This document shows, piece after piece, positions 41,463 through 58,598 of a stretch of DNA of 64,000 nt. The stretch's first letter is position 1, and each line of letters opens with the position of its first letter. The notes beneath the pieces are model-generated. The model did no database searches. It had not been told where the DNA came from and was given only the letters and a program-made list of their open reading frames with translations. Position numbers and translations under genes: made by a program. This stretch comes from the human T2T-CHM13v2.0 reference genome, Homo sapiens. Where the stretch lies: assembly GCF_009914755.1 (NCBI RefSeq), contig NC_060948.1; one strand, written 5' to 3'.

Positions 41463-42005
41463 TAAATATACATTGCAATAAAGAAAATCCAATCTATTTC
41501 TACTAGATCTTGTAAATTTGACCGCATGTAGCTAACCAGTCAGTAGTGTGTCAAGTGAGGTCACAGACCATGGCAAAGGAAGTTGGAATTGAGGATGATG
41601 GATTCAAGAGCAGGAGCCAGACTACATCCCACTACTAATTTATCCAGTGTTGTATATGTCAAGATCAAGATGGGAAAAATCCTGACAAATTATTGGATAC
41701 AGGTAACAATCAGAATTGTTGTCCCAGACCTGTCATAAAGAGGTTTTAATATGGTAGGGGCACAGCAAGATGTATGCCGAAGTCAAAGCTTAAGTCCACA
41801 TATAGCAGAAAAGTTGAGTCTGAGATTGAGTATATAAGCACCTAATCAAAATAGGCTGGAAGAGAATAATGAGGAGCATGGATGTTAAGAACAGTAACAG
41901 AATTTGAAAGAATTGCTAACCCCAGGACAAGAGCTGCCTACTCTCTTCTCTGTTCTCATCTTTTTTTAAATAATTCTTTCCCATCCCATAAAGACCTGAC
42001 CTGAC

Positions 42006-42328
42006 TGGCTAAGTCTGGTGACACATACCTGTACTCCCAGCACTTCAGGAGTCCAAGGCAGGTGGAGCAAGGGGGTCAGGAGTTGAAGACCAGCTTGGCC
42101 AACATGGGGAAACACCATCTCTGCTAAAAAACACAAAAATTAGCCAGGCATGGTACCTGTAATCTGAGCTACTTGGCCAGCTGAGGCAGGGAAATCACTT
42201 GAACTCAGGAGGTGGAGGTTGCAGTGAGCCAATATCATGCCACTGCCCTCCAGCCTGGGTGACAGAGTAAGACCCTGTCTCAAAAACAAAACAACAACAA
42301 CAACAACAAATAGAAAAGAAAAAAAAAG
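42006..42328 (+). mobile_element. AluS/J
   Basis: Diverged dimer with (AAC)n tail. Confidence 0.88.
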
Positions 42329-42394
42329 ACGTTGCTTTCTGGCAAAACTCATATACAATAAACCTTAGTCTAAACTCAATGTACACTTTTAAGT

Positions 42395-42837
42395 TTGTGT
42401 GTTGAAGGAGGAATATATTCAACTCCAAAATCCCTCGATTTATGAATGTGGATTTATTTAGAAGTAGGTCTGACCGATGCAGTCAAGCTAAGATGGGGTC
42501 ACATTAGAGATGGTAGACCCCTAATCCAGTGGTTAACAGTCTTATAAAGAGAAGCAGTTTTAGATAAGACACACAGAGGGAAGATGGTCATGGGAAGCTG
42601 GGGTCACAGATTGGAGTGATCCATCTATGAGTCAAAGAACCCCAAGGACTGCCAGCAGTCACCAAGAGCTAGGAGACAGGCACAAAACACATTTTCCCAT
42701 TCAACTTCCAGAAGGAACTAACCCTACCAATGTCTTCAATTCAGACTTCTGGCCTCCAGGATGGTCAGAGGATATAAGTGTTGCTTTCAGCCACTTATAT
42801 TGCAATACTTTGTTAGAACAGCCTAGGAAGGGAATAC
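42395..42837 (+). mobile_element. MaLR LTR, MLT1C-like
   Basis: ccctaatccagtgg...gacacacagagggaagatgg...ccaaggactgccagcagtcaccaagagctagg...gacttctggcctccag. Confidence 0.8.
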
Positions 42838-43321
42838 ACCATCCTATTGAATTTAACCTCCCTCTCCCTGCCGCAATAGCTTCCAGGTTTCCATCTGAGA
42901 CTGGAGATGCTGTGGTTTGCTCTTTCTCCTCTGTCTGTCTTCTATGTTCCCCTGTACAAAGAAGGAACAATATCTTTCTCAGGAAATATTTAGATTATGA
43001 ATGAAAATTATGTGGCCAGAGCCCTAAAGCTGGCTTTCTGATGGTGCACACGGCTGGGAACTCTGCCGGCCTCCTTCTTGTGCAGTTTGGCAAGGGTACC
43101 TTCCTAAAAAATACTGTCCTTTCTCACCCATCCTCCCCATATATGGAGGGTAAGATTATAGCATAGGTGGTAGAACTGAGTTGGGTGTATCATAACCATC
43201 TCTGAAAGGTCGTTTGCTGAAAGGTTGAATGGATATACATTTTTGAATTTCTTTTTCTTTATAAAAAATCAAAATTTCACGGGGTTCTTGGATCGTTCAC
43301 GAGAAGGAATGCAAGGCATGA

Positions 43322-43580
43322 GGAATGCAGTGGCATGAGCTCAGCTCACTGCTAACTCCTTCTGGACTCAAGCAATCCTCCTGCCTCAGTCTCCCAAGTA
43401 GCTGGGATTGCAGGTGTCCACCACCATACCAGGCTAATTTTTGTATGTTTTTTTAGCATTTGTGTATTTTTAGCGGAGATGGGGTTCTCTATTAAAGAGC
43501 TGTTTGAGCTGTTCTGGAACTCCTGAACTCAAGTAAGTTGAGTCCTGCTTCAGCCTCCCAAAGTGCATGAGCCAGTGTGC
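43322..43580 (-). mobile_element. AluJ, partial
   Basis: ctcaagcaatcctcctgcctcagtctcccaagtagctggg. Confidence 0.85.
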
Positions 43581-44229
43581 AAATGCTTAATGGATATTTT
43601 TCAACACTGAAGTATAAACACTCTTTGTTTCCAACTATGAGATTTGTGTAGCGTGTTTGAGAACAACAGCAAGAAATCCACTATACTGCCTATTCTTCTA
43701 GCATTTGAAATTCATGTAATATTTCCTCTAGGTGTCTTTCATAAATTGATTCTGAAAGAATTAAAATAGTGAATGAATTAAAGCCTTTGTTACTGTGCTG
43801 CCTTTTTAAAGGTGGGCTAGCTTTTAAAATTAAATATGTATTTATTTATAGAGGACACTAAATTATAATAGCAGAAATTTTAAAAGAATTAAAAGAAAAA
43901 ATAAAGCAATCCATATTTCCATCCACAGTGTAAATAACTGTTGTCCTTTGATATTCAAAATTTTCTTGTGCTTTTTATGTTTTACATATTTTAGTCATTA
44001 ACAGATTAATATAAATGCAGATATGCAGACATATATGCCCTTTTCTAAAGATAATTTTGCCACTTATTCTTTTCATAATTTATTAACTTTTTTTACAGTC
44101 TTAGAGAACCTTACAGAGTGAATTTTAAAACAATATTGAAAAATGATGATAAGAAAGGACATCTATATATTTTACCTGAATTTAATAAATATTGCTATAG
44201 CATTTTACTCTGTATAATTTCTCATTTTC

Positions 44230-46285
<2,056 letters not shown>

Positions 46286-46301
46286 TGACAGAGAGTTTTA
46301 A

Positions 46302-46637
<336 letters not shown>

Positions 46638-46639
46638 GT

Positions 46640-47012
46640 GAGCCACCGCGCCCGGCCTTTTTCTCTCTTTTTTTGTTTGTTTGTTCGTTTGTTCATTTTT
46701 AAGACAGAATATGGTTCTGTCACTCAAGCTGGAGTGTACTGGTATGATCATGATTCACTGCAGTCTCAACCTTACACACTCCAGGGATTCTCCTGTTTCA
46801 CCCTCCTGAGTAGCTAAGACTGCTACTGGGACTATAGGACTACCTGGTACTACAGGAGTATGCCACCATGCTCAGGTAATCTTTGTATTTTTGGGTAGTG
46901 ACAGAGTTTCCCTATGTTGCCCCTGCTGTTCTCTAATTCCTGGGATCAAGTGATTCTTCTAACTGGACCTCCCAAAGTGTTCAGATGAAAAATATGAGCC
47001 ACCATGCCCAGC
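46640..47012 (-). mobile_element. AluJ
   Basis: Diverged dimer with internal gacta slippage repeats. Confidence 0.85.
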
Positions 47013-48002
47013 CAGTTTCTAAAGTTATAAGCATGTGTTGTTCTTTCTTCACAATTGTGTGGATAAAATAATTTATTTAAATAAAATGTATCAATTTCCA
47101 ATAATATCTTCTATTTGGAAAATATTGTATTGCTTTATCAGCATATTGTTAATTGTCATTTATTAAAGTGTATTCAGAAATGTAGATAAATTATTGATCT
47201 GTAGTTCTTGTATTGCTATCTTGATTTGGATTATAAATAATTTATCATGATTTAATTAAATGGATCAGGGAACTCTCTTTAAGTAGAATTAAAGAGAGAA
47301 TTAAAATCTGGTTGTGTGCACTTGTTTTGTAAAGGTATCATTTATAATTTAGCTTTAATACTCTACTTCTGAAACACTTTGCAATGAAAATCAATAAAAA
47401 TGTATTGGAAATCTTTTATGTTAATAGGTGTAATCCTCTTTCTACATTATGTCAAAACTCTTCTTTATTTGTGCTTATTTTTTTCCTTCTATTTCTAGCA
47501 CTGTGCTACTTTGTCCACTTTCTCCTCATTCCTCAGTCTGTATTAAGATAAATGATTTCCCTGATTGTTTTCAAAGAATCAGCATTTGTACTTATACACC
47601 ATTACTTTGATTTCTTATTTTCTATACAACGTTTTGTCATTCTTACTTGAAATGGTACTGCTTTCACACAACCTTATTTTAAAGTTTTTAAGGTGATCAT
47701 ATCATACCTCATATTCAAAAATTGTCTTCAATAAGATGCCATTCTGAAAATTTGCATCTGTATAATCTCTTTTTAGCACATATTTGACCATGTATTTTAG
47801 CATTCAGAGCAAATTAAGCATCTTTGTATCCTAACACTCAGAGGAATTTACTGTAAGGACTTTGATTCAATGAATATTTACAGAAATCTTGTTTAATTTA
47901 TAAGCAATTGAGATCTTAACTGTCTTTTATTGCTATATTCTATTTCATAATTTAAGCTTAATAAATATATTTTATTTGCATTTAATAATTTTATAATCTT
48001 TC

Positions 48003-48297
<295 letters not shown>

Positions 48298-48774
48298 AAT
48301 AATTTTATAATCTTTCATATAAACTTCTTTCACACATATTCTATACATGTAAAATAAATATTTAGACATTTCTGAATGGTATTTCATTTTAATAGAAGCT
48401 TATTCTTGCTTCTTTTCACACATCATCATTATAATCGGGGGCAGGATTTGAAAATCATGCAGTTGAAGAACAAATATTTGTTGCTCTTAACGAAAATGTC
48501 ATAGGTGAACTTGGCAAGGGTTATTAAATGCAGTTACATTTACACCAACAGAAATATGAACAAAATTCCCACAGAGATGGATCACTGAGGGTTTATGGAA
48601 AAAGTCGCATTTGAGATGAAACTTAAATTTTGCAATGTCATTAGAACAAAATATTTCACTATAATGGGAAGAAATTTTAAGAATAAAGAATGCCTTCCAT
48701 TTGTCAATACCAGTGGAATATATCATATCTACAAACAATATGCATGTTTAAACTGAAGTGTAATGGCTTCTGCC

Positions 48775-49083
<309 letters not shown>

Positions 49084-49157
49084 AGGACTTCTGCTTTTGT
49101 GTAAGTCTGAATAGCAGACACTAGATTTTACTTATAACTAAAGAAAACAAATCAGAT

Positions 49158-49486
49158 TATATATTTTTACTTTAAAAATATTTTATGTAATATATAATAT
49201 ATTTTTATTTTAAAAATATTTTATGTAATATATAAAATATTTTTATGTATTTAAACATGTCTTTTATACAGATAAAATATATCAAATATTATGCATATGT
49301 CCATACCTTTTAAAATATATATATATTAAATATATGCAATGTTTTGTATAACAACTATACATCAATTACACTGAAAATAAATGAATAGTTACAAAAGGAA
49401 TATAAAATATAAATATTACATGTATTAATAGAATACATATAAAGTATAAAAATATATTGTAATAAGCTATTATTTGAAATGAGTAC

Positions 49487-49521
<35 letters not shown>

Positions 49522-49540
49522 TATATGTATATGTATATAA
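49158..49540. repeat. AT-rich low complexity including a 38-bp-period tandem repeat and (TA)n
   Basis: tttaaaaatattttatgtaatatataa repeated at ~49171 and ~49209; (TA)n at 49487-49538. Confidence 0.8.
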
Positions 49541-51509
49541 AACAAAAGCAACACTTTTAATGACAGTCAGCAAAAGGCAATGAGAGATGGGCAAAACAAG
49601 GAATTGAACCCCACAGCTTTCCAGGCTCGTAAACAGAGAGTTTCCAGGGTACTGCACATGGAAGTGGATTTCAGAAAAAGCCCAGTGAAACTCTGTGAAT
49701 TGAGAAGACAAAGTTCAGAATCAGAGAATCAGAGTCAGAGAATCAGAACCAGAGAAAAATATGGCATCCTTTGCAGGAGAGAGCCTTGAAGAAGAGAAGG
49801 AAATCTAGAGACCTACCATGGATGCCCCTCAGTATTCAGCAGGACAGTGTATTGCGAAACTCCCTGAGGGCAGGAAAGAACCACCTGAATTAGTCAGAGA
49901 GGGGAGTTGTTTGTGTTTAGCCACATCTGGGAATAGTGGCAGTCCTCACCAGCTAGACTAGTTTAACAGTTCACAAGTCAATGGGATTGGGTAAAGTACG
50001 CAGAAAGGTCTAGCATCTTTATTAGTGGATAGTTTAGCCTAGATTAAATGTTGCTCTGGTACCACCTAATACGCATTAATGAAAAAGGACCAAACTGTTT
50101 TCAATATACCTAACTGAACCCCAGAATAAAGCTCAGGACTATTTACTGGGACACACACACATGAAAATATTAGATCATCTTGTTGGATGATCTTGAGCAT
50201 CCAACAAGATCAAATCTAAAATGCCTGGTGTCCAAATAAAGTTTAACTAATATGTAAAGTAATGAGAACATAGAGTGTCAGAAATAAGAATACTATATCT
50301 AGAACATTGTCTTGAGTGGGAATCATGCCTCCTGGGAACACTGGCAACAATTCAACTCAGTAAAGTCACAGTGAAAATCAATGAGTAGAATGCTCTCAAC
50401 AGCTGCATCCATCCATTTCAGAGAAGTGTTACTTATATATTTTTCTTTTAATTTTCTTGTAGGGTGCACAGTTTAACATCTTTATTCTAATAGGTACATG
50501 CTACAGTGCATAATAAAAACATAAATGAAAAGACCATTGGATAAGCTGAAAACTAAATGAAAATGTATATAAATGTAGGAAAAAGGCATGTCAGAAATGA
50601 TGCTCCCTCAGCTCTCCAAAATCATCAGGAACAAGTCTAAATTGTCACTATCAAGGGAAATGTAAACCAAATGACAGAATCTCCAATAAGCTATTTTGAT
50701 TTTTTTAAAGTAATTGGGCTTTTGAAAAGAAAATTCATTGTTGTAGTAACTTCAAAAATAATTATAATTCCATCTGTGCTAAAACATGCAATGACCTTTC
50801 AAATTGGCAACAAAAATTTATTCTCCTGTTTTACTTTTTAATTAGAAAACAAATTGCAAACTTAGTAATATGAAGATATAATCAGATTCAGATTATGCTA
50901 CTAAAAGTTTTGAGTGATGGTGAAGTGTATTGATTTTTTTCAGAACTGCCTCTTAAATTCAAAGTTTCTGCTCATTAAAGTTACATGAGTGAAGACAAGT
51001 AAAAATAACTGCAGTTAAGAAAAAGAGCCTTCAAGACAGCCTGTGGTCATTATGTTATTTCAATATCCAGAGAATAAAGTGGAAACTTAGCTTGCCTGGC
51101 TGTGCCTTCGAGACTCCTGCTCCTCTTCATGCAAAAACCTGTAAAAAAATAGAACACAGATAAATAAAAACAGATTAAAAACAAAGTAGTATCTTAAGTG
51201 TTAGTTTTGCAAAGAATTCTGCTGAATTTTGGATGAATGTGTTTCTTGGAAATTACCAAGTTTTCAGTACAAATGTATTGCTACTATGTCATCTTTGGAA
51301 GAGTAACAAAGATTACGGGAAGAAAGTGAAGATTTAGTGTGATATTCCAGGAGTCTACTTGCACAACCAAGTATAAGAAAACAAGGACTTCCTTGAACCA
51401 AATTGGATCAGGAGACGGTGAATGTTTATTTTTGTGTAATGGCAAAGGATCCCCCAATGACATAATTAGCAAGAATTGTCAACAAATATGCTTTCATCTT
51501 TTAATGTGT

Positions 51510-51591
51510 TATATATATTATATATATATATAATATATATAATATATATATAATATATATAGTAGTGTATATATATACACTACTATATATA
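51510..51591. repeat. (TA)n ending in a perfect 38-bp palindrome (51554-51591)
   Basis: tatatatagtagtgtatat|atatacactactatatata. Confidence 0.92.
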
Positions 51592-51609
51592 GCCAGTTCT
51601 GGTTGTTTG

Positions 51610-52440
51610 GTTTTCTGGCTTCATCCCTCCTCAGGCCAACTTTTCTACACTCCTTTCTATGACACTGACACAAGATGTCAGTAAACTACATTTCCCAGAT
51701 GTCTTTGCCAGCTGTCTTCCTGGTAGATTCTGCCTCAATGGCAGAGGAACCAGAAGACAGGAGGAGAGATTATTGTATGGAAGAGTTGTCATGCCAGTGC
51801 TTGGCAGTCTTTTGTAGTAGCTGGAATGTGAATTTGGGCAGGCAATTGTGGACTCTGTAGCAGCCCAGTGAAATGCTTGCCTCATCATTGCAAAACCTCT
51901 TCAGCAGCTCCAGAAGCTGCCGATGAGACATCTTTGTCATTGCAGGAGCAAAGTTAGAGCTTGGGAATTCAGCCCAGAGTTGACAGAAGCTTCCTTATTT
52001 GGAAGATATCATAACATTCCTTACTTACAACATTTCCTTTCTGTGTTTTCCCTGGCATTTGTAACATTAATTTTTATTTTTTGAGACAGGGTCTCACTCT
52101 GTTGCCCAGACTGGAGTGTAGTGGTGCAATCATGGCTCATGGCAGCCTTGACCTCCCATGCTCAAGAGATCTTTCCAACTCACCCTTACGAGTAGCTGGG
52201 ACCATATGCACACATAACCATGCCCAACTAATTTTTTATTTTGTGTAGAGACAACGTCTACCTATGTTGTCCAGGCTGGTATGGAACTCCTGGGCTCAAA
52301 TGATCCTCCTGACACAGCCTTCCAAAATCCTGGGATTACAGGCTTTAGTCACTGTGCCCAACCTAACATTGATGTTTTAAACCAAGCTCCTATATTAAAA
52401 TCCTCAGTTTGAAACACCTGGCATTTTTTTTAAACTTTCT
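51610..52440 (+). mobile_element. Old ERVL LTR (LTR33-like), Alu-interrupted
   Basis: aaactacatttcccagatgtctttgccagctg...cttcctggtagattctgcc. Confidence 0.55.
52070..52362 (-). mobile_element. AluJ
   Basis: gagacagggtctcactctgttgccc...gaactcctgggctcaaatgatcctcctg. Confidence 0.9.
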
Positions 52441-52824
52441 AGTTAATAAGGCACTTTCATGAAGCTTTATGTGTCTAAAATGGGTATCCACATAATAATA
52501 ATTTGTATGAGTTTAAAGACAAAAATAAAGGCAGCAAGGTGTGGAATATGAGAGGTTCCTTCAATCTTAACTATGTGTATGAGTAGGACTCCTGTTATGA
52601 AAATGTCAAACAAAGAACATAGAAGTTATAAAGTAAATGAAGACATCTACAGAAACTTTTGGTTCTTAATGGAGGATTTAAATCTAAATGTATTATGAAC
52701 GCTTTATTCTTATAAGTCCATGATGAAAATATAAAGCAATGCTGTGTGTGTCAGCCATGTGTCTGGGATTATGTTTCATTCATATTTTATATGCGTAACT
52801 CAACATCTTAAACTACGCATATAT

Positions 52825-53081
52825 CTGTAATCCCAGTACTTTGGGAGGCTGACGTGGGCAGATCACGAGGTCAGGAGATCGAGACCATCCCAGTTAACAT
52901 GGTGAAACTCTGTCTCTACTAATACACAAAAAATTAGCTGGGCATGGTGGCAGTCACCTATAGTCCCAGTTACTTGGGAGGCTGAGGCAGGAGAATGGCA
53001 TGAACCCAGGAGGCCGAGTTTGCAGTGAACAGAGATCGCACAACTGCACTCCAGCCTGGGTGACAGAGTGAGACTCTGTCT

Positions 53082-53120
<39 letters not shown>
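52825..53120 (+). mobile_element. AluY/Sc-like, slightly 5'-truncated, pure A38 tail
   Basis: gatcacgaggtcaggagatcgagaccatcc; TSD-like actacgcatatat/actacacagatat. Confidence 0.9.
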
Positions 53121-53122
<2 letters not shown>

Positions 53123-53800
53123 ACACAGATATTTTAAAAGTACATTGATTGTGGACATGACACTTAACTGAATAGAAATGTCATGAAATTTTGACCTGTG
53201 AACAATGACACAAAGGTAGCAATATAAAGCCTGAAGAAACAGCAAGAAGTGAATGAACTAGAATTATGGAATATGTTTAGAACACATCCAGGGGCTCAGA
53301 TTGGTTGGAAATATTGAATAATATCTTGAAAGGTCTGACATCAACAGTTAATAAATGGCATACTTCTATTCTCTCTACAAAATGTTTTATAACTTAATAC
53401 TCTGAATCTGGGTAATTAAAAATTAAGATGAGTTTACTTGATGGACAAAGTAAGAAGGAGAAAAAATTTAACAAAAATGATTCAATAAGAAAAGCATCAA
53501 TTTTGGACTTGCCTGTCCTAACTTATTATATTAAATTAAGAAAAATATTGAATTGAAAACTGGGAATTTAAAATTTGTAATTTTTAAAAGACTTTATTCT
53601 GTCTCTGCCAGAAATGGGTGAAGTTGATAAAAAGTAGTAAGAATCAACAAGATATAAATTATGCTAACTCTTATAGTCTATGTGCTACTGTCATCCTGTA
53701 GAACTGTTTACATACCTGAATTCAACTATAAGAATAGTATCTGCTTTTCTTAAGCATTCATAGAACATTTCTCAAAAATCAGCCTTTTGATTTGTTTTGT

Positions 53801-53988
53801 ATAAGTTGCCTGATCAAAGACAGTAAACTCAGTTTAATTTGAATTTAAGCTAACAAACAAATTATAGTAAATCTATGCCCAGAATATTGCATTAGGCATA
53901 CTTATACTAAGAAACTATTTGCTGTTTAACTGAAATTCAAATTTAATTAGGAATCTTGTATTTTTATTTGTTAAATCTATTAACTCTA
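53801..53988. mobile_element. MER53-like palindromic hAT MITE
   Basis: cagtttaatttgaattt...aatattgcat...catacttatactaa...tgaaattcaaatttaa, internally inverted. Confidence 0.75.
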
Positions 53989-54230
53989 ATTCTGGAGGAA
54001 ATCTTAAAAACAAAAAACAAGCAAACAAACAAAAACATAAAAAATGGTCAAAACACCATTTCCTCTGATGGTGAAGTAATGGAATTAGAAATAAATAAGA
54101 AAATCTACAAACTACTTATGTTTAAATATTAGTAAAATTTTACATAGCCCACTTGTTAAACAACTTAACAGGATAAATCACCTATCTATGTATCTATCTA
54201 TCTATCTATTCATCCATCTAATCTATCCAT

Positions 54231-54270
<40 letters not shown>
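54231..54270 (+). repeat. Y-STR Y-GATA-H4 core, (TCTA)10, within a compound repeat 54182-54309
   Basis: Flanks cctctgatggtgaagtaatggaattaga (54062), ttggaaattctcctcagcat (54315) and gaaaaccaacatctctgcttaggtctc (54395) match H4 primer sites as I recall them; repeats counted directly. Confidence 0.92.
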
Positions 54271-55232
54271 CCTACCTACCTATCTATCTATAGATCTATC
54301 TATCTATCTTAAATTTGGAAATTCTCCTCAGCATAACATTTTAATGATGATTCCTAGGATACAAGTGATGTGCTGAAAGTATCAATGTGTATCAGAAAAC
54401 CAACATCTCTGCTTAGGTCTCTGTTTAGCTCTTCAGAACCCACTCTGTCCAGAGTTTAACTGTATAATGTCTAGAACTGATATATATATAAAAAAAAAGT
54501 TGACTATTTTGGTCCTGAAACATCTTTATTTTATACTGTGAGCATTAAGGCAGTTAACTGATATTTTCCAGGGAACACTGTCCCACAAATCCATAGATTC
54601 CAAGTTAATTTACTTGAGTAATTCTACTCTACTTTGTTGATATTTTCTGCTGAAAACATTGTGAAAATAAAAATGTTCCCACTGGCAATCAGAAGGCTTG
54701 ACATTTGCTATAATTTTTTATATGTAATTCAACTTCTATTATTTTTTCTTTTTTTATTATTTCTTTCTTTATTTCCTTTATTATTTCTTCATTTCATTTT
54801 TCTTTTCTCTTTTTTCATTCTTGGTAAAGCAAAAGTGTGTATTTCATGTTAGTTACTAATTTTATTATGTTCCAGTAATAAACAAGAGTTGAGAGAAGAG
54901 TAGGGAGAACTTTATTTTTCTAATTCTAGTTTTATAAAGTTTTTTTAAATAACAGAAACATTTTTGTCAAAGTAGGTTTTCAATTTGTTAAAGTGATTAT
55001 TTTAAAAGATAATTTTTAACTTATTTCCTTTATACTTTTTTAAAATATGGTCTTATTAAAACAGTATCCACTTTTTGATACCTATGTAACAAATTCTCTG
55101 TTTTCTTTTTTCTCAACCTAAAGATTAACAATAAATATAAAATAATTGGTAAACAATATTAAAATGTATTAATATTATATAAAAATAGGCAAAATAATTT
55201 GTGGTAAATTCTTCAGTGATTTTTAGTACAAA

Positions 55233-55373
55233 CTTTTTTTGTTGCTGTTGTTTTATTGCAGAGAGAGAGTCTTGCTATATTTCCTGCAACTGATCTCCAA
55301 CTGCTGGCCTCAAACCATCCTCCTGCCTTAGCCTCCCAAAGTGCTGGAAATTACAGGTGTGAGCCACTGCAGC
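55233..55373 (-). mobile_element. FLAM/AluJ left monomer
   Basis: ggcctcaaaccatcctcctgccttagcctcccaaagtgctgg. Confidence 0.8.
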
Positions 55374-55619
55374 CATTCATTTTCTTTTTTTTTTTAATCA
55401 AGAACAAAAACAGGAAACACAAATGCATTTTTCTGAGAATATGTTACAAGGCTGTTACCTCAAACTGATATAACATATAAAAATGTAAAGAACATTAGGA
55501 TAGGGACAATCAATTTGAAAATTTTCATAAAACAAGCTGTCTTGCAAAAAATATAATTTACCACACATAGCTTCCGGTTCAGTTAGAGTTTTGGAGGTTT
55601 TAAAGACCCAGGACATTCG

Positions 55620-55935
55620 GTGGCAGATGAAAGTACCATAAGTTTTTCTCATTCTAGGTGGCCCTCCGCCCTGCCTGGGCTCTTTCACGCATCTGGGAAT
55701 CAGCTTTCAATCACTCAGCAACCAGTCTTGGCTGGGATGCTTGAGACCATTCAGTTGTTTCTCTTATCTTTTATTTTCAATCAGTCTTGCCCGAGATTTC
55801 TATATGCTTAACCAAAGAGAGACAGACAAATTAACCCCAAATCAACAGAGCCATTTCACATCTCTGTTGCATCATATCTGCTAATCTCACCATGGTCAAG
55901 TCAAGGGACATGTGGCAGCCTTGCATCCATAAAGC
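55620..55935 (-). mobile_element. Old MLT1 (J/K-like) LTR fragment
   Basis: tcttggctgggatgc...catctctgttgcatcatatctgctaat...ggtcaagtcaag. Confidence 0.45.
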
Positions 55936-56029
55936 CAACGTCCTATCAAATTCAAAACAAGAGCACTAATGAGGGAAAATACGCAGACAGATTCTCCTCA
56001 TTGGCATAGAAACAAACATACTGCAAAGT

Positions 56030-57470
56030 TGAGCAAATAAAGTCAAGTAATAATGGCAATAGCGCCAATGAAACAAATTTGCAAACATTATACAACATTG
56101 CAAAAATCAGCAGACTCAATGTATCCCATTGACAAATTAAAATAGAAAAGCCTTTTTTCAAGAGATATAGGAAATTTGTTGATACATTGTGAACATTGTA
56201 CTAAGCAATGAGCTTATACATTTTAAAGAAAATTTCTTGATAAAAGAAATACAACATAATATTAATGGAAATATTGGTATTAATGGCAAAATATTAGAAA
56301 CATTCCCCTGAGATCCATAACAAGACAAATGTCTCAAAGATGAGTTTTTGTTGTTTTTGGTTTTGTTTGTTTGTTTGAGACAGAGTCTTGCTCTATCACC
56401 CAGGCTGGAGTGCAGTGGCGGGATCTCGGCTCACTTCAAGCTCCGCCTCCCGGGTTCACACCATTCTCCTGCCTCAGCCTCCTGAGTACCTGTGACGGCA
56501 GGCGCCCGCCACCAGGCCTGGCTAATTTTTTGTATTTTTAGTAGAGACGGAGTTTCACTATGTTAGTCAGGATGGTCTCTATCTCCTGACCTCATTATCC
56601 TCCCGCTTCGGCCTCCCAAAGTGCTGGGATTACAGGCGTGAGCCACCGTGCCCGGGCAATAATTTTAACAATAAATTGGAAGTTCTATAAGTACAGAATA
56701 GAAGAGAAAAGGAAAGGAAAAGTTATTATTGGCAGATGATGCAGGTGATATAATTTTCCATAGATATATTCGTGAATAAAATAACAATTTTATAAAGGAT
56801 GCTCAATTAAAGATCAGTGCACACATATTTGTGGCATTAATTTACACCATTAATTGTCAAATATAAATGTTACGATTATTTATTTGGAAATCCCAACTGC
56901 GATTGCACTACATCTGTAAGTTCTTAGTGATAAATGGATTTAAAAAATGAACAAGAACTTTATATGCAGAAGAACAAATGTTTAAAGAGCAACATAACAG
57001 AAAATCAAAATAAATTGAGATATTTCAGTATTTAATACAGGTTGGGATCAAAAGTGTAAACATGTAACTTTTCCCTCAAATTAGTTTAGAAGTTGAAAAT
57101 TGTCCAAGACATTGATTTAAAAAATATATTTTAAGTATATTTGCTTGAACTAACAAACTTCTCCCCAAAATGTGTATGGAAATATATCAAGCCAAGAACA
57201 AGAGCATTTTGAAATACAGTGAAGAATAGTTGTTAACAGCTTTTCTTCTTTGATACTAAGATTAATACAATGGCCACTGTGGAATCTAGGAAGGGTAAAT
57301 AAAATACATCTCTTAAATTACAGTGCTTAGATGCAGATAGATGGAACATGGAGATTTTTATATTACAAATGTTGCATGATAAGCAGCCATCAAAAGAACA
57401 TATCACATGCACAGTTAATAATGATAAAATGACAACTTGTGTAACATTTGCTTTTGGGTACACTCGACAG
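56030..57470 (+). mobile_element. Old L1M ORF2 fragments, Alu-interrupted
   Basis: cattcccctgagatcc...acaagacaa, ttattggcagatgat (FADD-like), aagatcagtgcacac. Confidence 0.6.
56344..56657 (-). mobile_element. AluY
   Basis: caagctccgcctcccgggttcacaccattctcc; (TTTG)n tail. Confidence 0.92.
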
Positions 57471-57643
57471 CTATTCATATCAATGGCTTAATCAGATGGC
57501 ACTTTATTTTTGTTGTATAGATATAAAGGTATGCAAAAAGAAGTGCTCAAGAAAGTCATTCTGTACCAAAATTTTGCAGTTTTCTTCTTCATTATTATGA
57601 AACCCAGAATTGCACGTTTCTGGTTCCAAGAAGCTCTGTGTAA

Positions 57644-57994
<351 letters not shown>

Positions 57995-58598
57995 TGAAGG
58001 ATCATTCTGGTAGGAGTGAAGTAGTTTTATTCAAGCTGACTTGAACCCTCATTGTATTTTTCAGAAATGCATCTCATAGCTATATCTAGATGTTAAGAGA
58101 TTTTGCAGAGGAGTGTATATTGTGCTATAAGTGTTGATTATCCTGAACAAATCAAAGAACTGTTCATATGCAAACATATATGGATGGAAATGAATAGATA
58201 CTGCGGTATTAAATAGCAATATTGTCACAGTTGTCAATACAGTAGATAAAGACAAATAGAAATCTCCATGACTCACAAATTAATTGAACTCCAGATAAAG
58301 TTAAAACCTTGATGTGAAAAGAAAATCCTTCAAACATTCAAATAAAACACTGCATAATATCCTTATGATATTGATGTAGAAAAAATGTGTTACAGTTACA
58401 CTAAATACTAGAGCATTTTCTATGAATGAATACATTGGAAATATGACTATAGAAAAGACAAAGCACTGTGATTACTTGGAAAAACATACAAACTCTGGAA
58501 TTAAGGCATTGGGCTTTTCTCAGCCTTTGGTTGCTGAGCATTTTACAACCATTTTCACTTGCCCTGGAAAAAATTGATAATTTCTTAGGGTGAGTTAT

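Noticed and set aside
49550-50270. Purine-rich stretch with a 69-aa ORF
   Set aside because: Looks like a decayed old L1 5' region; I cannot support it as a gene or assign it confidently
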